From Ginkgo biloba (Eukaryota; Plantae; Ginkgophyta): 19,388 bases of DNA. The DNA lies in the NCBI GenBank assembly GCA_024626585.2, contig JANKJI020000002.1, positions 204,260,932-204,280,319 of the forward strand, in the 5' to 3' direction. Positions 11,186-19,388 of this stretch are shown here, one piece after another; position 1 is the stretch's first letter; the number at the start of each line of letters is the position of its first letter. A program made the position numbers and the translations under genes. The notes beneath the pieces were generated by a model. That model was not told the origin of the DNA, did no database searches, and worked only from the letters and a program-made list of their open reading frames with translations.

Positions 11186-12288
11186 CACGTTGGGGACTGT
11201 TACTAGTATGTGGATGCATTCAATGTTGTAGCTACTAAGTAACTAAGTAAGATGAAGAAGAGGATGGTGAAGCCCTAGAATGCCATTATAAGAAATTTAT
11301 AATTGAGAGTCGTTGAAGGCATTAAATGCTCACGTAATCCATTCGTTGGAGCTGAAGGAGATGTTGTGCCCTAGTCGTTTGTGGTCGTTAAAGCTCAACT
11401 CCAAAAGTGAGTGTGCAAAAGGAGAACGTGTTAGGTAGCTAGTGTGAGAATTGAAATGTTAGCTGGTTGGAGAAGGAAATTGTTAGAGAATTCATAGGTT
11501 GGGTGTTGGAGCTGTAGGAAGTGTTATTGGGAGTAATTTAGCTATGAAATTCGAGGGTAAGTTGAAGATTCCAACCCTTAAGCAAAATTACAAGGCGAAT
11601 CAGTCACCCAAGTCAAAGGTGTATGCCAAATAGTGGAAGAAGACCAAGTCAAGGTAAATTACAGAGATTGAGGGTGATTGCATACCTTCAGGGCTCAAGT
11701 GAGTGAGTTGAAGAGCATCGTAACAACCAACTAAGGTTGAATGATTAGGCAAATCGTCAAGGGAGAGGCAACTTAGGTAGGATGGCATAGAATTCCATCC
11801 TAAGATCATGAAGTGGAGGCATTGAAGAATTTGCTAGAGATAGAGTGATTGTAGAAACTGAGCAGACATGCTGAGTGAGGTAACTTAAGGTTCAAGGACA
11901 ATGACCTGATAAATTGAATGGTTGATCACTTCCACTATATTCTCATGGAAGTGTGTGCTCTTGAGGTTCATGTTTACACAGTATTGTGTTAGTGTAGCGT
12001 AGAAATACAATGAAGAGTGCAGAAGTACAGTACGACTTAGAACTCGTCAAAAATATAAATCGAGAAGCCAAAGTAATGTGTTCTTGCACGTAACCTGAGA
12101 CTATGATTTGTACTTATCTTATGAACTTTCAAATCACCTACAAGATATCTTAGTTGATATTTTATGCACTTTATGGAGATTTACAATATAAGATATATCA
12201 CAATCACACAAGATTCCAAGATAAATAAAAGACATAAACCATTCACAAATATTTTGGATAAATAACCAAACTCTCTTAATTCCACTTG
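11186..12288. mobile_element. Unclassified non-coding TE/LTR-like fragment between gaps
   Basis: Purine-skewed, no recognisable ORF, composition like long LTRs, no diagnostic terminus visible. Confidence 0.25.
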
Positions 12289-13650
12289 NNNNNNNNNNNN
12301 NNNNNNNNNNNNNNNNNNNNNNNNNNNNNNNNNNNNNNNNNNNNNNNNNNNNNNNNNNNNNNNNNNNNNNNNNNNNNNNNNNNNNNNNNNNNNNNNNNNN
12401 NNNNNNNNNNNNNNNNNNNNNNNNNNNNNNNNNNNNNNNNNNNNNNNNNNNNNNNNNNNNNNNNNNNNNNNNNNNNNNNNNNNNNNNNNNNNNNNNNNNN
12501 NNNNNNNNNNNNNNNNNNNNNNNNNNNNNNNNNNNNNNNNNNNNNNNNNNNNNNNNNNNNNNNNNNNNNNNNNNNNNNNNNNNNNNNNNNNNNNNNNNNN
12601 NNNNNNNNNNNNNNNNNNNNNNNNNNNNNNNNNNNNNNNNNNNNNNNNNNNNNNNNNNNNNNNNNNNNNNNNNNNNNNNNNNNNNNNNNNNNNNNNNNNN
12701 NNNNNNNNNNNNNNNNNNNNNNNNNNNNNNNNNNNNNNNNNNNNNNNNNNNNNNNNNNNNNNNNNNNNNNNNNNNNNNNNNNNNNNNNNNNNNNNNNNNN
12801 NNNNNNNNNNNNNNNNNNNNNNNNNNNNNNNNNNNNNNNNNNNNNNNNNNNNNNNNNNNNNNNNNNNNNNNNNNNNNNNNNNNNNNNNNNNNNNNNNNNN
12901 NNNNNNNNNNNNNNNNNNNNNNNNNNNNNNNNNNNNNNNNNNNNNNNNNNNNNNNNNNNNNNNNNNNNNNNNNNNNNNNNNNNNNNNNNNNNNNNNNNNN
13001 NNNNNNNNNNNNNNNNNNNNNNNNNNNNNNNNNNNNNNNNNNNNNNNNNNNNNNNNNNNNNNNNNNNNNNNNNNNNNNNNNNNNNNNNNNNNNNNNNNNN
13101 NNNNNNNNNNNNNNNNNNNNNNNNNNNNNNNNNNNNNNNNNNNNNNNNNNNNNNNNNNNNNNNNNNNNNNNNNNNNNNNNNNNNNNNNNNNNNNNNNNNN
13201 NAGAACAATAAATACCAACTGAATTATAACGGTGTAATGTAAAGTTGGAGAAAATTAATATGTCATATATTTTATGCACCAGACTTTAAAAGAAATATAA
13301 AAATAGAATAAGTGTATATTGGCCTTTAATATAAAATTATACAAAAATATTTTTATCTTCATAAATATTCAATGGTGCATATATACTTAGTTATGTTGTA
13401 GTCTACTATTGAAATAAATCGAGGAATATTAACATATGATATAACAACATAATTGAAGGTTTAGTATTGAAAAAAGGTTCACCATTATAAATTCATAACT
13501 ATTAGTTTTGAGTGGTCATGCTATATAACTTATCCAATCATCCCAATTGTATTTTGAGATTATCATTGCTTATGGTAGTTGAATAAATATATTTTTCTCC
13601 AAAAATAATAGATTATAAATTTCTCATGGAATTAGTCAAATTCACCATTA

Positions 13651-14129
13651 CTTAGTATTGCCTTGAAAGGTTTTTCCTCCACTAAAAAGAATATAGAGGA
13701 CTACTTCAACTCCATATATCTGCTGCTTATGTGTATCTATGCCCTTCCAAAACCTCAAATGTCATATATGTCAAAGTGCTTACTAGACCACATAAACATT
13801 CTTAAATATGGGCCAACTTTATTTATACATTCAGACAAATAGATCTCTGCATATGCATAACTCCATTATAAAATGCACCTCAATTTTGTCTTCCAACACA
13901 TCGAGGAGGTAAAGAACACTTGGATGGTTTAGGATTTGACCGTATAGAATTTATGTGATCTCAATCTTCTTATTGAGATCATAAATATTTGACTTCTCAT
14001 GAATCTAACCTTGGAAAAGGATTTTCATGCCATCACCTATATATGCTTACTCTATCTCTTCTTCCTACATAACCTTATGAGACATAATTATGCATTTCTT
14101 AATATTTGCCATAATTCCTAATAATCATC
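13651..14129 (-). pseudogene. Decayed Ser/Thr kinase pseudogene, CDPK/PEPKR (CAMK group)-like
   Basis: Manual minus-strand translation: DDY*ELWQILRNA*LCLIRLCRKKR*SKHI*VMA*KSFSKVRF / KSNIYDLNKKIEIT*ILYGQILNHPSVLYLLDVLEDKIEVHFIMELCICRDLF / GLVSTLTYMTFEVLEGHRYT*AADIWS / VVLYILFSGGKTFQGNTK. These are collinear remnants of subdomains I (G-loop), II (ACKSISK), III-V (HP.V..L.DV.ED...VH.VMELC) and VIII-IX (GT..Y.APEVL, AADIWS.GV.LYILLSG..PF.G), with many stops and frameshifts. Confidence 0.8.
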
Positions 14130-15245
14130 CATCCTTATTGTCAACCTTTCAAGAAGTTTCAACATCCTAAGAGCCTTAAATATAATCTTCACCAACCTCT
14201 TGGGTATACCCTCANNNNNNNNNNNNNNNNNNNNNNNNNNNNNNNNNNNNNNNNNNNNNNNNNNNNNNNNNNNNNNNNNNNNNNNNNNNNNNNNNNNNNN
14301 NNNNNNNNNNNNNNNNNNNNNNNNNNNNNNNNNNNNNNNNNNNNNNNNNNNNNNNNNNNNNNNNNNNNNNNNNNNNNNNNNNNNNNNNNNNNNNNNNNNN
14401 NNNNNNNNNNNNNNNNNNNNNNNNNNNNNNNNNNNNNNNNNNNNNNNNNNNNNNNNNNNNNNNNNNNNNNNNNNNNNNNNNNNNNNNNNNNNNNNNNNNN
14501 NNNNNNNNNNNNNNNNNNNNNNNNNNNNNNNNNNNNNNNNNNNNNNNNNNNNNNNNNNNNNNNNNNNNNNNNNNNNNNNNNNNNNNNNNNNNNNNNNNNN
14601 NNNNNNNNNNNNNNNNNNNNNNNNNNNNNNNNNNNNNNNNNNNNNNNNNNNNNNNNNNNNNNNNNNNNNNNNNNNNNNNNNNNNNNNNNNNNNNNNNNNN
14701 NNNNNNNNNNNNNNNNNNNNNNNNNNNNNNNNNNNNNNNNNNNNNNNNNNNNNNNNNNNNNNNNNNNNNNNNNNNNNNNNNNNNNNNNNNNNNNNNNNNN
14801 NNNNNNNNNNNNNNNNNNNNNNNNNNNNNNNNNNNNNNNNNNNNNNNNNNNNNNNNNNNNNNNNNNNNNNNNNNNNNNNNNNNNNNNNNNNNNNNNNNNN
14901 NNNNNNNNNNNNNNNNNNNNNNNNNNNNNNNNNNNNNNNNNNNNNNNNNNNNNNNNNNNNNNNNNNNNNNNNNNNNNNNNNNNNNNNNNNNNNNNNNNNN
15001 NNNNNNNNNNNNNNNNNNNNNNNNNNNNNNNNNNNNNNNNNNNNNNNNNNNNNNNNNNNNNNNNNNNNNNNNNNNNNNNNNNNNNNNNNNNNNNNNNNNN
15101 NNNNNNNNNNNNNNNNNNNNNNNNNNNNNNNNNNNNNNNNNNNNNNNNNACTTGTAGAGATTCCACTTATGTAATTAATAAAACCGTTAGGAATTCCTTA
15201 AACATATTAAACCATTTAGTTACTTGGTTAATATCTCCACTCACC

Positions 15246-15640
15246 CTAAGGTGCATACACTGCCTCCTTTGCCAATGCATCTGCTAGATGATTCTTATCT
15301 CTATAGATATGCGTTACATGCCACTCCTCAAAATTAGAAACTATTCTCTCAAATAAATATAGAGCCCCCAATTTTCTAACCGCATTTCATTCTTTATAGC
15401 TTTACNNNNNNNNNNNNNNNNNNNNNTACTTGAATGAACAATTTCTTTATAACAATTTGTAAGGTGCTTTTCAGGCCCTAAAAATCACCTTGAATTCAAC
15501 CTCATTATTAGATGTAATCCCAATTACTTCCAAGAATTATAAAGACCACAATTAGTCCCAATTGCATAGGATCACTCGTACCCTTGCTTTACCTAGATTC
15601 CTCTTAAATGCTCCATCAAATCAAAGTCTCAAAAATCCTT
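15246..15640 (-). mobile_element. LINE (L1-like) RNase H domain fragment, degenerate, probably a 5'-truncated copy
   Basis: Minus strand reads GFLRL*FDGAFKRNLGKARVRVILCNWD...GITSNNEVEFKVI, then a gap, then RIVSNFEEWHVTHIYRDKNHLADALAKEAVYAP*. This matches plant non-LTR RNase H motifs (KLNFDGASKGNPG, TNNxAE, HIYREGNxxADxLA), with a stop right after the domain. Confidence 0.8.
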
Positions 15641-15979
15641 TCGAAATAATTAAGTCAATATTTAACAAAGGTTGGGTTAGTAATTAATAATAATCACTCA
15701 AATATATATTTAAATTCTATATAAAAAAAATAAATCTATAATTAATCAATCATTTCAAAATTATGTTAGTTAAATATTTAAGTAATTTAATACTCAAGTA
15801 TTATCATATCAATAATCTATATAAAATATATATTTAAAATATCCATATATCTATAAAGAAAAGAACACACTTAACTATTATTAGTTTAATACTTAACCAT
15901 AGTCAGGGCAATATTTAAATATGGTTAAAAAAAAATACTATAAAAATATTAACAAAATGATATTTTATGAAAATTATTT

Positions 15980-16084
15980 GCCACGGACATCTAATTTTCT
16001 TTGTGTGGGGTCTATATATACATACGACATACGAGGACGTGCGCCACAGAATTTTGTCATTACGCATTTGTTTTCGGAGCTGCC
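15980..16084 (+). promoter_or_regulatory. Core promoter / 5'UTR of the UBL gene, with TATA-like TATATATA at 16013-16020
   Basis: TATATATA lies about 65-70 nt upstream of the ATG. There is an abrupt transition from the extremely AT-rich 15660-15975 to CpG-containing sequence, and a GACGTG (ACGT core) near 16036. Confidence 0.45.
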
Positions 16085-16234
16085 ATGGCTGAACCCTCAC
16101 AAACCTCCGTGACTCTGAACGTCAAATTTGGACGCGAGACGTTAAAACCTGTNNNNNNNNNNNNNNNGATCTCAAAGCTCAGCTTCAACATCTTACCAAT
16201 GTGCTTCCGCGTGGACAAAAGCTCATTTTTAAAG
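16085..16234 (+). CDS. First coding exon of a ubiquitin-like (UBL) domain protein, likely ortholog of the plant LRR-repeat and ubiquitin-like domain protein (At2g30105 family)
   Basis: ATG in strong context (gctgccATGGct). Reads MAEPSQTSVTLNVKFGRETLKP, then a 15-N gap, then DLKAQLQHLTNVLPRGQKLIFKG, followed by a GT donor (AAAG|GTTTTT, GT at 16235). This resembles my recollection of the At2g30105 N-terminus (TVKFGG...DLKSQLQPITNVLPRGQKLIFKGK). The frame change across the gap is attributable to gap sizing. The region retains many CpGs. Confidence 0.85.
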
Positions 16235-17066
16235 GTTTTTATTTGTCATCACTGTTCATACTGATCAGCCAAAATTGCAGGATTCTTCTTTCTTGCAGAT
16301 GGGTTGTCGAACATTTGTTTGGGTTGAATTCTTTGATTTCAATTGCAAGGAAATCTTTATGTGAAGATGATTGGCAACACAGTACTCATTAAATGTCTGT
16401 TTTGGGCTTTTCGATTNNNNNNNNNNNNNNNNNNNNNNNNNNNNNNNNNNNNNNNNNNNNNNNNNNNNNNNNNNNNNNNNNNNNNNNNNNNNNNNNNNNN
16501 NNNNNNNNNNNNNNNNTAAGGATTTAACCTTCACCTTTTTCTCTCTCCTCAGTATTTTCTCTTGGGAACCGACCAATAGCCGCAAAACACATGAACTGGC
16601 CTCTAACATAAACTTGCACTTTTTCACCATCCCTAAGATAAGGTTAACTTGGCTTTTTTGGGCTATAACAGACACTCAACATGCTTGTCAACTTTAAACT
16701 CAACATTTCTACAGTCCATCTCTATAAACTTAACTATGTACATGTATTCTTGATTTGAAATAAGTCGAAGTTTATTTGATGGTTTTTGGTAAAAGCTAGG
16801 GTTTTATACTGTTATAGAAACCTATTTACAAAAACATCTCAAGTCAATCCTACGTTAGTGTAACTAGCTTAGGTCCTAACTATGACATTACTTGAGTTCA
16901 ATGTAAGCCATTAGTCTAACATTCTCTCCCATATAAAAATCCTAGGACATGCAAGCAAGGTACCATCCTCATGATGAGTGTTGGCACCTAAATTAGGCCA
17001 CTTCCCTTGTTAAATTAGACGGATGAAATTACTTTCCTAAAGCAATAGGCATCAGGTGCACTATAA

Positions 17067-17358
17067 GAATGCCTCTAATGTGTTTTTTCTGCTTAAAACT
17101 ATTTCAATATTTTGGGACTTATTTTGATATATTTTTTCTATTTTTTGTTTTCTTGCACTTCATGCCATCAAAATGAATTGAAGCAGACAAATAAATGAAT
17201 GGCATCCAATGCTTCGAATGTGTTGCATGTTTTCTAATTAGAATTGTTTCATATTTTCTAGAACTTATTCCGATGTATTTTTTAGTTTTATTTTTTGACA
17301 CTTAACACCATCACAATAAATTGAAACAGACAAATATACAAATGGCATCCACTTGCTA
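17067..17358 (+). repeat. Diverged tandem duplication, unit about 145 bp
   Basis: ccatcaaaatgaattgaagcagacaaataaatgaatggcatcca (17165-17208) versus ccatcacaataaattgaaacagacaaatatacaaatggcatcca (17308-17351), offset 143. Similarity extends upstream (acttattttgatatatttttt versus acttattccgatgtatttttt). Confidence 0.75.
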
Positions 17359-17861
17359 ATTGCAAAGGTTAACTAGACAAATAATAGGGACTGATCTCAT
17401 CAATCACACATGCATGTCCTATCAATCAGATTGTTGCACTTAAATTTGATGTTAACATAGAAGATGAAATCCATTAGATTGCACTACTACAAAATGTTGT
17501 CAATATAGAAGCTGAAATAACAGTCAAATAAGAGACAAGATCAACCCTGTAACATCTAAGTCTTTTAGGAATGCCCCCTTTTGTGTATAAAAATTCACCT
17601 CCTAGATCTACAAGTGTCCCACAAGTCCCGAAATCAACCACACAAGAATATCAAAAGCACTGAGGACAGGTTTCACCTATCCTACACTCCACACTTCTAA
17701 TTACTGTTAGTCAAGTTTATTCATATTTAGATATGGAATTACAAAAATGAACTTAATTAAGNNNNNNNNNNNNNNNNNNNNNNNNNNNNNNNNNNNNNNN
17801 NNNNNNNNNNNNNNNNNNNNNNNNNNNNNNNNNNNNNNNNNNNNNNNNNNNNNNNNNNNNN

Positions 17862-18251
17862 AATGATGTGAAAAACGTTTCCATTGCTCTTTCCCAAGAC
17901 CAGAATGATGCTCCCATTACCCTTCTACCAAAATTCTGGATTTGGGCATTCTTCAGTTTCTTGAAGATCCGAGGCAACTTCCACTCTAGTCGAGCTCTTT
18001 TATGCTTTGCTTCATGCTCTTGCGAATTGTCTAATTGGCTTTGCATTTTCTCATGATTTGAAAAGCTCATGGGCTCTTCTTCCTTTTCTAGGTCCACTAA
18101 AGGTTCACTTGTCAGTTCTTGTTTCTCCCACTTCCTCCTGCAGTCATATTGGGTTCTTTGATTGTTCCTTGTCCTCCTTTAGCATACAATCTTGGTTTTC
18201 AAAATTTCATATTCCATCCTCGGAACCTTTTTCTCGCTCGAGCTCTGATAC
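17862..18251 (-). mobile_element. gag: LTR retrotransposon fragment: iMet PBS remnant and gag N-terminal region
   Basis: GCTCTGATAC at 18242-18251 (minus strand GTATCAGAGC), followed on the minus strand by a charged ORF ending ...FWSWERAMETFF, similar to the W...ME.FF motif of retrotransposon Gag. Confidence 0.5.
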
Positions 18252-18438
18252 TGCCACAACAATCCACCCTCTAAACCTACACCACAAAAAAGTTATAACT
18301 TGCNNNNNNNNNNNNNNNNNNNNNNNNNNNNNNNNNNNNNNNNNNNNNNNNNNNNNNNNNNNNNNNNNNNNNNNNNNNNNNNNNNNNNNNNNNNNNNNNN
18401 NNNNNNNNNNNNNNNNNNNNNNNNNNNNNNNNNNNNNN

Positions 18439-18867
18439 TCGCGGGAGAGAAACTACCTGATGACGATTGGGCGATGCCCGAGTGTCGGGGGATCGCCTGA
18501 CGACAATTTGATGGATTATGGATGGGATTGTTAATTTAGTTTGTAATTGTTATTGCTGGTAGCCATTATGGTTTGGTACATTAAACATCTCTAATGACTG
18601 CCCACTACCTTTGTACGAGGTTTCCCTTCAGCTATAAAGGGTCCCATCATTTTTCATTGGCATGATCATCATTGTACGCATTGTTCTAATCTTTGGTTGA
18701 TTTGCTTGTATATTCTTCCCATGAATTAATGAGAATCTCTTATCGTTGTTGATTCTTGATGTCTTATTGCTTGGTATGATCTATTTGTGTATGAAATACT
18801 TTGCAATTTCATTGTTAGTCTAGATCCATAACTAGGCAATTTGTATTCAATATTTGGCACTATTGTC
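18439..18867 (+). mobile_element. Probable LTR with decayed tRNA-Asp-type (Athila-like) PBS
   Basis: TATAAA at about 18634, T-rich U5-like sequence, an end TCAATA (approximately TCAACA) at 18852, then TTTGGCACTATTGTC, which differs from TTTGGCGCCGTTGCC by four transitions. Confidence 0.4.
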
Positions 18868-19388
18868 TATATATACTGAACATGGGGTTTTCTAATCATG
18901 GGTGGTGACAATGATTGTGATCGAGATTGGGGAAAAATATGAATTCGGGAATTAGAGTCAAGGCGGATAATGTATGCTCGATATCCCTCTCCCCCTACAT
19001 CAACAATGCGACGGATGATGAATTGACGAAGCTCATATTCGCCCATGGTAGAACCAACTTGTTGAAGATTACATTTTGGCCAAAGTAGAGAATAACTAAC
19101 AAACTTTGTTAGANNNNNNNNNNNNNNNNNTTAATGAAGAAATGGAATGAATTTTGGCCACAGTTCCAACATTGTTGCTGAGTGTATGAGAGAACTTGAA
19201 AGGTGAAGGATAATTGCGCAAATGGAAGCCCGATGAAGCGAGAAGTAGATGCCAAGACATTCTTAATTGTATGGTTAATAGTCAACAATCATTGCAATTG
19301 GTTGATGCATTACCTCATTGCAACAAATCTGGATTTAATAAGAGGACGTAGAAGTCATCTAGAGAAATTGGAATTTTTGTATCAACAC

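Larger units (their letters stand above)
16235..19388 (+). other. Probable intron 1 of the UBL gene (3' end not identified; contains TE debris and gaps)
   Basis: GT donor after the FKG codons. No downstream exon encoding the expected continuation (KVL...LMLMASQG-like) was recognised in the sequenced part, so exon 2 may lie in a gap or beyond the window. Confidence 0.5.

Noticed and set aside
12134-13279. Long ORFs of 300-380 aa (also 6473-6920, 7969-8853, 14189-15174)
   Set aside because: They consist almost entirely of X residues from N-gaps and are artefacts.
13949-13986. Hairpin TGATCTCAAT-cttctt-ATTGAGATCA
   Set aside because: It falls in kinase-derived codons (DL..KIEI), is too short for a miRNA precursor and is plausibly chance.
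16281-16330. Strong-looking acceptor ttctttcttgcAG at 16298 as the end of a 64-nt intron 1
   Set aside because: Splicing there gives DGLSNICLG* with no continuation of the UBL fold, so it is unlikely to be the true exon 2.
17548-17761. TGTAACATC at 17548 as the outer LTR end of the minus-strand gag element
   Set aside because: The sequence next to the PBS at 18252 does not match it, so the pairing is unsupported.
18007-18534. 175-aa plus-strand ORF
   Set aside because: It is an antisense shadow of the gag-like frame and spans a gap.
1-19388. CRISPR array, tRNA/rRNA genes or a prokaryote-type novel system
   Set aside because: There is no regular repeat-spacer structure or RNA gene signature. 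The tRNA-complementary matches are retrotransposon PBSs and the sequence is plant nuclear DNA.

Overview
Gap-rich, AT-rich and CpG-depleted plant nuclear scaffold with about 15 N-runs; a large-genome seed plant such as a gymnosperm is plausible but inferred only. Most of the window is decayed transposable-element DNA. It holds a minus-strand Ty3/gypsy chromovirus remnant (gag, zinc knuckle, RT C-terminus, RNase H, integrase, chromodomain, PPT, LTR start) interrupted by an opposite-strand LTR+PBS fragment, a LINE-type RNase H fragment, and further gag/PBS/LTR fragments near the right end. Two host-gene features are only partly visible or invisible in the ORF track. One is the first coding exon (16085-16234, +) of a ubiquitin-like-domain gene resembling the plant LRR+UBL protein At2g30105, lying in a CpG-rich island and followed by a TE-laden intron. 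The other is a heavily decayed CDPK/PEPKR-type Ser/Thr kinase pseudogene (about 13651-14129, -) whose catalytic HRD/DFG core is missing. A GC-rich tract at about 3870-4830 carries a cluster of palindromes centred on intact or decayed G-boxes. I see no evidence for a new multi-gene system, and the long ORFs in the track are N-gap artefacts.
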